A stretch of DNA of 64,000 nucleotides, from NCBI GenBank assembly GCA_964199315.1, contig OZ116698.1, positions 21,390,001 through 21,454,000 of the forward strand. The letters are read 5' to 3'. Below the pieces are notes generated by a model. That model did no database searches, was not told the origin of the DNA, and saw only the letters and a list, made by a program, of their open reading frames with translations. Below are positions 12,301 to 22,900 of this stretch, one piece after another. Positions within the stretch are counted from its first letter, which is position 1, and each line of letters opens with the position of its first letter. This DNA comes from Orbicella franksi. Lineage: Eukaryota. The translations under genes and the position numbers were made by a program.

Positions 12301-15300
12301 ATGGCTTTCTCAAAGTCTGAATTGAACTGCTGAATCATCCTGTTAGAGTGATACAGAAATTAATTCATCTTAACTACATGAAAGTTTATTACAGGGGTTT
12401 TCATAGACACTTTCAGCAGTACTCAGAGTCACATTTTTAGTGTTTTTTTACTCTCTCTCCTACCCCTTGAGCTTTAGTTTTCTATATCTTTGTTAGTTCT
12501 AGATGTTGTTTATTTTGCAATTTTTCCACTGAATTTCTAGTTTCAGTGTCATGGTTGCTAGATCTGGAGCTGGGGCTGGGGCTGGGGCTGGTGGGTTGGG
12601 CTCATGGCTCCAGTGCAGGTAGGGCAGGCTTATCTAGGGTGTACTACGACCTGGGTTTAGATTGGGGGTACCAGCCCCTAAGCTCATGGGCACCCAGCCT
12701 CCATTTTCGATTAAGGCATTATCAGAGGTTCAACTTAAAGTCATGTATTTTGATGTTTTTTACTAATTACTTACTGCATAAGGGCTTTAGTCTTCATGGA
12801 AGGGTCATCTGGATTATAGTTTTCAAAGCCTTTGACTTCTTTCTCAATTTCCATGATGTTCTCTTCCAATTTACTTCGAAGGGCTGGTAAGGTTTCCCTG
12901 ATATGATTGGTCAATTGCTGGAGAATGGATCATCATTAAATATTACAAATCTTTGCCAAAATTGCTACTTACTAAAGTAAAAATGCAAAGTAATTGAGAC
13001 AAGCCTCACCTGGTTAAGAACCCTTTGTAAATATGAAGTTCCCATTTTGTCTGCCATGTGTCTGGAATGATTGTCATTGAACATCAAGAAATCAATGATT
13101 TATTGAGATAACACAATTGACCTACAGACATTATCAGACAAACTCTCTAGAAAAAACATCTAAAACCAAAATGTAACAGTCTATGAAAAATGGCAGTACT
13201 TCCTCCAAATTCCCCAATTTTAGAAGGAAAAAATCAAACACTGGCAACGTGGTTGTGTTAGATGAAAAATAACAAATCCTGGAAATAGGCACTAGAGAAT
13301 CTTTGGAAATCTATGGAAATCACTGGAAGTCAATGATGGTTTTTGGTAGTCTTTGAAAATCCCAACACTCCAAGAATAAAAAAAAACCCTCATGACACAT
13401 TTGACTTAATTGGAAAACATTAGCAATAATTACTATTATGCCATCATGCTGAGAGAGCTGAATTTGACTTAGAGACGTGCTCATCAAATTCATATACTTA
13501 TACATGTATCTTCCAATATGGGAGATCTCTAACATTTGAGCCTAAAATCTCCATGACGGTCATGTACTCAATTACTAGACAGTGCTATAGTAATAATTAT
13601 TCTACTTAGCCGGCATCTCTTATTGGTGCTTCTTGGTTATAATTTTCACATGAAAGTAATCTATGCAACCATACATGTTGTTTGCGTGTTCTGTTAAGTA
13701 TACTCACCTATAACCAGGATGGCTAAGGAAGAATTTCCGTTCAGAGGCCAGGGCTGACTTGATATCCTTTCTTCCATCGATGTCAGCTTGGCTTCTATTT
13801 ACCACACCTATGTAACCTTTAGTACAAAGACAATAAAACATTTATACATGTAACAAGTCTAGAAACTAATTTGTCAAAGAAACATTTAAATCATTTTAAA
13901 ATCGAAGATATCTTAAATGTACCATGATCACAAAATGACTACAAACTAAAGAAACATTTTTCAACACAGATGTCTTTTTAGATGAACAAATTCTCAGGAG
14001 ACACATTGTTTCAGAAGAAACTGCATGTACATGTAGGAACATTTATCATATAACAGTTAAAAACCCGCAATAAATTTTAGGCCAATTACTCAGCAATAAT
14101 CTTCTATCTCTAATTTTCTTTCTGGGTTCTATCAGTGCATAAACAATGCTGAGGAAACAATATTAATGCAATTTAGAGATTTCAAATAGAACAAGTTGAG
14201 TGTCTCTGCAATCTACATAATGATGTATTTAATGCTGTGTATAAAATAGAATACTCTGGATAAAGAGTGTGCATCTGGAAAAGGTAAAGAAGCCAGGTGT
14301 TCCAATGACTTATGACACCAAAGTGTAATAATGTTTTAATCAGGTTGCCTAAACAATAATAATAACAGTACCATTCAGCTGCCTACCATAGTAGGCAGCT
14401 TTACTGTTAGAGTAGGGGGCTGATTTTCTTATCTTTTTGAAGAACAAGATGAACAGCCCAGGAGAGTAGGTCAGTGGCCATGATCATGAAGTACATGTAC
14501 ATGTACAGTGTAGATGGTGATTTTTGCCAGCAGCCACTGCCTATCTTTGATAACCCTATGAAACATTGATCACTGTCACCCTTACTGTACCTCTTCTCAA
14601 GGGAAGGACTCTGTTCTCTAGGATCTCTCTAGCATCTGTTCCTTCATCCATAAGATCTAATTTTGTTATCACTCCAATTGTTCGTACTCCTAATAAAAAT
14701 AAAAAAAGTAATAAGAATTATCGCTTTGGGAATCAGATGTAGGCTCAATGCATGCCAGGGCAGGAAAAAGCCCACATCCGATTGCCCAGATCAAGTAACA
14801 TTTATTCTTAGGTAAGTGAAAATGGAAGTTTGATGGCCCAATGGCCAAATGAAAGTAGTCTCTGTCAGTAGTCTTGCAAGTCTGAGTGAAAATATTAGCT
14901 TGATAAATGATAATTTCCAGTCAGAAATTAACAACTTTGAGTTGAAAACGTGGATTAATTTAAAATCCAAATAATATACCTTGGCGCTCTGGGCAAAATG
15001 AGTTCAAAGTTTTTCTCATGCCTTACAGGTACAAAATGTACATGTAGAGACAATTACATTGTATAGGAGGCATTGGCTAGCTGTACACATAAAACTTCCT
15101 TGTAACTTGATTTGGAAAAGTTATCCTTGCATTTGCCAGCTTAAGTAACTACACTTTCAAAACTAAATACAGTACTCTTACCCTCAGGATCAACCTCCTT
15201 AGCAATCTTCAGTGCATCAGAGTTGGCAAGATCCGAGTTTGCAGGTGACACTGCCAGCACTAAACAGTTTGGCTTGGTAATGAACTGTAACAACATACTC

Positions 15301-17684
15301 CGTATCAGGATTTCAATATCAGGAGGTTGGTCACCAACAGGAACTTTCGTCATGCCAGGAAGATCTACCAATGTCAAATTCAGAACTGCAAAAAAACAAA
15401 AAAAATAGAAAAGATGGAATATTAGTACACACTGTATAATATCAGAAGCATATCACCTCTTTGAGGTGATATGCTTCTGAAAATATACTGTGCACCTACA
15501 CTGTGCGTGCAAAGCAGCTGGTACTAGGATGTGGGCTTATTGTAAGTGTGCCAGCTGTACTCAAGAGTGCAGCAGCCTGGGTTCAACACCTTACCTGGGT
15601 AATTGTTTTAAGTTAATTTTTACATTTTAAGCAACACACTTTACTCTCACAGTTACTCTCTCCACCCAGACATATTGAAAAGGGCACTGGCAAAACTAGT
15701 GCTCTGATGAACTGACGTCACATTCAAGGGGGAATTGACATACTCCCAGTCACCTAACTTAATAATACTGAAACAGGGATGAGCTCATCACACAAGACAA
15801 AGTTGTACTGTCTGAAAATCAGTCGTCACAGTGCTTTACACTCACCATGAGGAGAGAACACGCGCAAGTTAATTGGAATAGCTGAGATTCCTTTGTTGCT
15901 GCCAGTTTCTCTGTCAGTCTCTGCAACAATCTCTTTCCTTACTTCTTCAAAATCAACAAATTTTTTTCCCTTGCAGTGAAGAAACTCTGCCCACTCTAGA
16001 AAAATTTCCATATCTATGTGTAAGTATCTGGCTAACTCAATGACTGTAAAACACACAAAGAAGGGGTTTGAGCTACGGGCTAACCCATTGGGCCAATCCC
16101 ACAATAAACCTTCAACTCCCCTGTTAGAAAACGATAAATGAGTCATTATTAATTTTCTCCCCTTAAAAATAAGTCTAGAGTAAGGCTATAAGAATGATAA
16201 TGACAAAAAAAATTGAATCATAAATGAACTGTTGTTCTATTAATTTTACAATAAGATTAGCAAAGATGAAAAATAATTTCTTATCAAACAATATTGTTAT
16301 TGTTTACAAGCAATATTCTTTTACCAAAAGCTATTAATATTCTTCTAGTGTTACCAAATAGAATAACCTACTGTACATTGCACATTGTATCTCATGATCT
16401 GTTCTCCTAGCGGTTAACATTCCAAGACACAATGAATGAGAGCAAAAAAATATGATAATCTTTTGACAGAAGCAGAACGTTTGGAAAGTTTAAAAGTAAT
16501 GGAAAACAGCAAAGGCTCAGGAAGTGTTGGTTCCTGAACGAGGAGAACTGGTTACTTAAAAGCAGGTGACACTGAACCAGGACCCTATTGCGTTGCGTTG
16601 CATTACATTGCAATGCAATCAACAATCTTCAGACTGCAGTGGCAATACTTAAGATCAGCAGCAGATATACTAAAATGATACAATATACATGATACTACCT
16701 AATGTTCATGTACCAACTCCTTAAAGGAACACTCAGGGATTCATCAAAAATAACCGATAAAAGTTCTAGAAACTTTATTCACAAGTTTTGGAAATCATGC
16801 TAACACTATTATTTTGGAATGTTTTCTCCCAAGTGCTGTTGCCCGAATCATGAGCGCTTTGCCTGACAATTTTCACAATTTCCAAAACTGGCCCGTATGC
16901 CTATGCTCATGGAGCCACTCCCTTTGGGACAGGGATATAAAATGAACAAACTCTGAACAAAGGGATAATTTTCTGTTCTTCATGTTTTCTTCACTCACTG
17001 AAACGTGCATTAATATTTTTTAACGTTTTTGTTTACATTTCAGTCTACATGATGTACTGTGATAATTATGTTCAACTGACTGGGCTAATGGTCACCTCTA
17101 TTTTAAGAATGTCACGTAATCTGGATGATAAAGTTAATTAGCATATTCAAGAAAATTTATATGAAAACACTTTAACATCTTCAGGTTAAGTTTCAGTTAT
17201 ATATTATATGTGTATTTCAGTTTAGGAGTTCATATTTTTGACATTAAATCAAAGTACCTATAATATGGGCCTTTTACAGGAATATATATTGAAACAGCTG
17301 AAAATAATAAACAAGATCAATTTTAATAAAGCTTAAGCCTATTAGATTTCTATTCGTCATGCAACGTAATTGTACAAACCTGACTTGGCTGGATGAAGCT
17401 GGAGTATAAGTGGTCTCCTGGTTACGATTCCCGATCCTCTCGGCAGAAAATCTCTACAAAGATATGTTAATAATTTTTAATTCAAGAGAAACCAAAAAGC
17501 CACAATCGTGATCACTTCCTTACCTTCCCACAAAGTTTTCCAAAACACTACTCTTTCCGGCGCTTTGACTTCCAACCACGGCGATCTGAGGCAGATCTAT
17601 GCTCGATGGCTGCCCAATATGAGAGAATGCATCTTGAATTTTGTTCATAACGGGGATAAGGTCTTCCATGCCTTTATTCCCCAT
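358..17684 (-). CDS. DNM: Classical dynamin (GTPase-stalk-PH-GED-PRD), 22 exons traced, terminal exon unresolved
   Basis: Exons, all GT-AG and phase-consistent: 17524-17684, 17380-17453, 15846-15995, 15182-15385, 14591-14689, 13708-13816, 13010-13061, 12775-12917, 12204-12339, 11381-11448, 10400-10538, 9756-9842, 9389-9459, 8124-8181, 7744-7825, 5523-5554, 4180-4289, 2792-2921, 2272-2415, 1466-1522, 927-1111, 358-486. Total 2420 nt = 806 codons + 2 nt. Motifs: [11 protein letters not shown] start, G1 GSQSAGKSS, switch [12 protein letters not shown]3 DLPG, G4 TKLD, PH domain VIRKGWL...[17 protein letters not shown], Pro/Arg-rich tail [15 protein letters not shown]. Confidence 0.96.
3410..3539. 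mobile_element. Fold-back MITE-like element in a dynamin intron
   Basis: Imperfect inverted arms of about 50 bp: TGGGCAATTCC...ATCATGGTAGTTGT / ACAACTACCATGAT...GGAATTGCCCA, including a perfect 14-bp inner match. Confidence 0.65.
5725..6188. mobile_element. Non-autonomous DNA-transposon-like repeat (GGGG-TACTC end type)
   Basis: Subterminal inverted repeat TACATGGGGAGGCTCTGCC / GCCGTGCCTCCCCGTATA, internal AAAGGGTAGG subrepeats, C-rich right end. Resembles abundant coral interspersed repeats as I recall them. Confidence 0.55.
6532..6830. mobile_element. Palindromic interspersed repeat
   Basis: Hairpin 6535-6632: AATTAGACCC...TCAATAGCCCAT / ATGGGCTATTGA...GGGTCTAAT. A second small hairpin GAGGACTATTA / TAATAGTCCTC lies near 6788-6809. 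Confidence 0.55.
7415..7721 (+). mobile_element. Full-length tRNA-derived SINE with 15-bp target-site duplication
   Basis: A-box TGGCCTCATGG, decayed B-box GGTTTGAGCCC, and body TGTGTTGTGTTCTTGGGCAAGACACTTTACTCTCAC shared with the copy at 33956. Flanked by ATTGAACAGGTACAT at 7400-7414 and 7722-7736. Confidence 0.88.
8410..8768 (+). mobile_element. Degenerate RTE-clade LINE ORF2 fragment (region just upstream of RT)
   Basis: Frameshifted pieces [25 protein letters not shown] and [44 protein letters not shown] match the LINE motifs KAPGxDGIPAE and KKGDxxxCxNYRGISLLS..GKVFARV...PESQ. Confidence 0.85.
9530..9660 (-). mobile_element. Decayed SINE fragment, reverse orientation
   Basis: GGGTTACCACCAGCATTTAATTTGC...CCCAT...AAGTGTCCTGCCCAACAA is a diverged reverse complement of the SINE body at 7415 and 33956. 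Confidence 0.55.
10880..11280. mobile_element. Palindromic interspersed repeat
   Basis: Near-perfect hairpin 10911-11012 with arms of about 43 bp: TCCAATTCAGTCTGTAATCATAC..GTGATTAACAAAATCGGAC / GTCCGATTTGTTAATCAC..GTATGATTACAGACTGAATTGGA. Confidence 0.7.
11702..11953. mobile_element. MITE with long imperfect terminal inverted repeats
   Basis: AATAGACCATT..ACAGTTGT..CTTGGCCT..GGTGACCTTGTTTTGAT versus ATCAAAGCAAGGTCACC..AGGCCAAG..ACAACTGTAGAATGGCCTATT. Confidence 0.7.
15530..15780 (+). mobile_element. Old, degenerate copy of the tRNA-derived SINE
   Basis: Retains CTGGGTTCAAC (B-box-like), ACACTTTACTCTCACAG..CTCTCCACCCAG and CATTCAAGGGGGA..ATACTCCCAGTCAC. Confidence 0.6.
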
Positions 17685-17889
17685 TTTGGATTCGAAAAAA
17701 GTACAATTCACCGCTCACAAAACTTTGAAACTGTCACAGGATCTCACGAGATGGCGGTGTCAGCGGGTCAGCGGACACGGTAGATTTCTCTATAACCCAA
17801 AAGCCATTTCGCGAACAAATCGTCCCCAGAGCTAAGGCGCTCTTTGGCGCGGTCACTGGGGACGAAAAAGGTCGCCTATCGGCGCGGTG

Positions 17890-18189
17890 TGTTTCTATTT
17901 ATCAAATATGCTCCTGATGGGGTATGGTTTTCTACTCTAGTCTTGAACTGGGTATGTTTTTAGAAGAAGCTACTTTTTCATCATTATCGCTAAGTCCATA
18001 AACAGAGGCCCTTCAAAAATTATGTTTAGGGCAACAGTGTCAGCTGCAACGGTCATAAATAGGGTCTCGAATTTTTGGTCTGGTCATAAATAGGGTTGGA
18101 AAGTCGCAGATTTTTGTCATAAATAGGGTAAGGGTTTTGGAAAGCGGGCCGCACAGCCCCACCAAATTTTTCTGGGAGTACCCCCCGGG
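17890..18189 (-). mobile_element. Truncated interspersed repeat with CCCGGGGGGTACTCCC end, about 200 bp upstream of the dynamin ATG
   Basis: Terminal GGGAGTACCCCCCGGG and three TCATAAATAGGG subrepeats near 18054, 18084 and 18117. Confidence 0.6.
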
Positions 18190-18795
18190 TGCAAAGCAGC
18201 CGTTACAATTGACATATACCCTGGCTGTCGCCATTTTATGATGAGGTAGATCGATATTCAATGTTGGCAAGGATTTTCGCGTTCGAGTTTTTTCTACATT
18301 TCCGTTTGAGTTGTCTGTGAAGCTGTTAGAGAAATTCATCACATGCCGGCAGCACAGTTTAATCTTCTCTGGAGTCAGCTTATGCATGCTGGAGGGTAGT
18401 AAGTCCTGTTAAGGACTTCGCCTGGTTGTGGAGCAGTCTAGTAAAAGCGTGGCACTGTGTTTTCCATCCAAAGTACAAAGATGTCCTGTTGCCTAGCGTA
18501 TGTAATCTGAATGTAGTTTAGCTGAACCTTTTTTGTTTTTGGCTGCTATTTCCTTGACTATGGCGGTGGCCATAGAAAGCTCTAGAAAGCTAGAAAGCTC
18601 TTGCTACTTTGGCCACCGCTCACATACAAATTTTATTTCCTTACAGCTCTATATTTCTTAATTTCTTACTACTTTCCGGCATTTACTTTAATGCCCAGTA
18701 AAGTGTAAATAAAAGAATTGAATAGAATTGCCCTTACCGGCCGACCAAGGTTTTCGGTAAGTCAGTTGTACTTCGTGCGCATAATGCTGGGAAAT

Positions 18796-18988
18796 TACAA
18801 TCCAGGACAAAAGTAGTTGGGACAGTTGAGCTGGATCACGTATTTCCCATCCCCCCTAATCAATGTTGGAAAACGTCGCGTTTTTCTTTTTTTCAACAAA
18901 AAGGGAAAAAATCTCCTGATTATCAACATTTTAAGTGCGGGGAGGGGAGAACTTGCTTCGTGTCCCAACTTTTTTGTCTGGGATTGTA
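18796..18988. mobile_element. Tc1/mariner-type MITE (TA-CA...TG-TA ends)
   Basis: Left end TACAATCCAGGACAAAAGTAGTTGGGACA; reverse complement of right end TACAATCCCAGACAAAAAAGTTGGGACA. TA is duplicated at both ends and there is no coding capacity. Confidence 0.8.
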
Positions 18989-19247
18989 GGTCGGAGTGGC
19001 TGTCAATTCCTACTCAGAAATGATGCAATACATTATAATGTGCCGTACTAAAGGAAACTTCATTTTCTATTCAAAAATAGTTTCTCAGAATTAACAAGAT
19101 AGTGGCTAATGATCTTGCCTTTTTAGACTGTTTATTCCCTTAGTGTCTAGTTTTGAGCCGATGAATTAACAAAAAGTCAAATCTGACCCCCGCACTTCTT
19201 AAGGTTTATCATAGTTTATCATTTTGAAGTATTCCGCTCTGAGCTGG

Positions 19248-19911
19248 TTATTCCGGCTTGTAAGAACAACGTCGTGATGGTGTATATTCGGCCAGTTCTT
19301 CGTTCGATTCCTTCAACACAGTCAAGAATCTACCAGTTTCTTCCATTTCTAACGCAAAACTGTCCGCGCACTCGTGTCCATCAGAAGAATTCACCATTGC
19401 TCGGCACTCTGCCACTTCATTTAGGACAATAAACAGTAGCTTTACATTGCGTTCATGCACCTTCGTGAAAAATCTCACTCTCCTCTTCAAAGCCTTTTTG
19501 TCTTTGCTTAGTGTTTCGTTCGATGCCTTCGCAGCTTCAACGTCTGCATTTTCGACTTCGTTTTGCTTCGGTTCGATGGCATCGAGGAACTTTCTTTCGT
19601 TTTCGATGATCGCGTCCAGCATTTCATGAAAAGAGTTAAACTTTCGAAGGAGTTCATAGAAGTTTTGTCGACTCTCTGCGTTGCAGATACCGCGTATGAA
19701 CCTCAGCTTCCACAGGATAACTTCGTTGTGCAGTTGTGTTTGAATTTGTTCCATTTTTGTTAACAGTTCCTTGGAAGTCTTTATCAAACTCGTGCATGTT
19801 ACGGCGGTACAGCATCTGGAGCCGTTCCTCAATACGTCCTGGCGGGCACATAGAGAAAGAATTCATGTTATAAGACAACGCCTTACTCACATACCCGGTT
19901 TCCGGAGTCAT
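19248..19911 (-). CDS. Uncharacterised alpha-helical protein (about 203 aa), paralogue of the plus-strand gene at 24.7-27.6 kb
   Basis: Open frame 19248-19838 preceded by the acceptor TTTCTCTATGTGCCCGCCAG. Candidate first exon 19891-19911 (MTPETGY, donor GTGAGT) joins in phase 0 across a 52-nt intron; the 5' structure is uncertain. Coding status is supported by ungapped protein similarity to the 27278-27604 exon. Confidence 0.65.
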
Positions 19912-22900
19912 TGTGTTTTATTCTTGACATGACCCTTTACTCTTACAGTGCCTCTCTATCGCCATAAGTTTTAATGGATTGCAGAGTACTAGGGTAACTC
20001 GTCGATGGACTTTCATTCCATCTAAAGGGAGTGGCAATATTTCTAACTCCGCCCAGTGAGTCATGTAATAAAAACCAGGACTAAAAGCCGGAACGTATGA
20101 GCCAGTAGGCTTAAAACACTTTTCTAAACCCGCTCAGTTGTTAACAATAAGATAGTAAGCCTATCCACTGATAACTTTTCTAATTTTAGTTACAATTTAC
20201 AAAGCAGCTCTTGCTTCAGTCCAGTCACTGGAATGGGACGAGGGAAAACCCTGGAAACTAAGTCACTGTTTCATCTCTCGCGTTTTACCTTCATGAAACT
20301 ACCGCATTAGTTCTTTAAACTAAACCTGACTAATTAGGTTGCAGACTTTAAAATTTTTCAAGGGTGTTCTAAATTAATGTTACACTGGCTTCATTTTCAT
20401 TTTGCATTATCTACATGAACAAAGGCAATTCCATGATATTGTTGTCACTAATCAAAGTCTAGCACCTCTTTTCTCTACCGATCGAGTGCCATAGCGCCAT
20501 GAAAGCAAGATCATTACTCTCCTCAAGCTTTGCAGTATGAATATTCACATTATTATGTTTGTGGACGGTCATCTAAGTTCGCAAGCGATATCAGAAGAGG
20601 CAGCAGGAACTTTTAAACTAGCTTCCAATCACATAATTCTGCTTATAGAGCCAGTGTTTCTTTAATATGAGTTTCGAGTATCGAGTTCTATGTCAAGCGG
20701 ACGAAATCTTCTTCAAAAAGGTGATTTCTTTATTTTTGTCACCTGATTGATCAATTCAAATTTCTGTTGATCAATAAAAGATTGTAGTTTCAAAACACCG
20801 TCGGCCCGTGAATCAGCTTCAAGCATCCTTAACTTTTGTTGCGATGTAATGTATAAAATTTAGCGACTCTGTTTATTCCGCGAGCGTTCAATTCGACGGT
20901 GACTGTCACTGAGCAGAGATGAACGACTAGCCGGATGAAAAGAAAATCACGTATAGTCCCGACTTGTTGTGGTTGCGGCATCACGAGCCATTTTTAAATT
21001 CACTATGGCAGGTGTTTAACATTTTTCAAATAACTGAATTAAGTTACTCCATATTAAGTCAAAATCCAAACGACGATAGACCTGACATTTCACTCCAGTT
21101 TACCTGTATTGTCATTCAAAATAAGAGTGTTAGATAACCGCTTTAAATGTTTGCGAATAGGTTCCTGTATTTCTCTGCTCATCACTGTTTTTCTCTGGCG
21201 ATAGTTCGACCCTATTTCAATTCTTGCTTCTACGCCGATTTGAATGTTTAATCCTCGTGTGCCAATAAAGCCACCGGCTTTGATTGGCAGTGTTTGAGGG
21301 TTAATAACAAAATTATCTACTTTTAGACGTCATAACGATAATTTGGCATGAATAATTTAAGGCATAAAAAAATCAACGATGAGGACTGATGCCCAAAACA
21401 AATGAGGCTCGTATTGAAGACTAAATAAGATGACGGATAGAAATTTAACTTTACGTTCTGAGCGATTGTAAATTTTACTCAATCCAAAGTTAACGAAGTA
21501 TTTTTAAAAGAAAATGTTACCAAATATAACTACTGAGGTAAAACTTGAATTGAATCGCAATTTGTAATATGAAAACTATCACTCCGAAGGTTATTTTTAT
21601 TTTCGTCTTGATCAGTGTAGTCTTGTTTTAGAATGAGACCATTTTTTCGCCAACAGGGAAAACGAAAGCAAGGTCTTAATCTATTACAAATCATTGCTTA
21701 GAATAATGTCAGGAAAAATTCACTTAAAACATTTCTAGAGTGGAAAGAGCTACCCAAAGTCAATTAGAATATTTTTGTCCTACAAACGAAACCTTGCTGA
21801 GTAAACTCTGGTATTATGGCTTCAGGTTTTGGTTCTTGCTGTTTTTAATTTTCAGCTCCCAAGGTCATTCGAAATCATAATACTGTCTCTATGGAACTAA
21901 GTGCGACTGCCGCATATTTAACCATGCTAAAGCTCAAGCGACTCCTAACACAAATATAATTACCGTTGGTATTGAATCTGTCGCATTCTGTTGTTCCCTC
22001 TCCGTTTGTTTCTTCTTTGTAAATGGAATCCTGTGCAGAACTCTCCAACAAAACGAAATAACTATTCCCATGATGAAACTGACACGGCGGGTCCGTAAGC
22101 ACACTTGTCAGCTCTAACGAGAACGTACTTATATTACATTTATAGACTTCGTCGCGAACACTGGCCAGCGAGTCGGCGCAGAGGATTATGAAGTATGAAC
22201 CATTAAGTTAATAGCTTTGCGCAATTTACAGACAGCGACAACTGCATGCAATCCATTTACCAAGCAATTTACTTTAACAAAATTAAAAACATATATCTAA
22301 TTACTCCAGATTTTATAAGCTGCTAACCTTGTTTAACCCTCTCTCTAAGTTATTTGAGAAAAAAAATGAAAGTTTCGTGATGCCTTCGACTTCAAGTTTT
22401 GCGCTATCTTTAGGATCAAATTGCTTTTAATAACAACCAATCAAATTGAAGCTAGGGCAGGTGGGTAAAACCAAGAGCGCTTTCCGGTGAGAATCTTACG
22501 CCAAATGGAGCAGTACAAATTTTCAACAAACAAATTAAAACGGGACGAGTGTACCATTTGACATCACTTGAAAAGGACTGTGCCATTTAATTCCCTACCG
22601 AAACCACTGTATATTCCATTAAGGAGCTTGTGGGTGTGAAAAACCAAATGATACAAATGGAAAACAAGTCAAGTTTGAGAGTTAGCGCAAGTCTCAGTGC
22701 GGTAATTAACTCAAGCGGTCTTCTTTGAGATAACAATTTCTCCACCATTTTTTAAATCCCTTTGCGCGCCAACTTAATTGTACTAAAGCACTATCTCCCC
22801 CAGTTCCCGAGCGCTTGAGTCGGGTGCAAAATTAACAGATAGTGTGGATAGTACTAGATAGTTTCTGATGAAAGAAAAACCAAACGAAAATGTAAAACAA

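Noticed and set aside
18227-18238. YY1-like AAAATGGCG motif upstream of dynamin (similar motifs near 17748, 24415 and 25730)
   Set aside because: Short motifs with no TSS data; cannot be distinguished from chance.
21964-22030. Possible upstream exon for the 19-kb gene (IPFTKKKQTEREQQNATDSIPT, donor ACG|GTAATT)
   Set aside because: Phase-compatible, but there is no start codon or further exon and no homology support.
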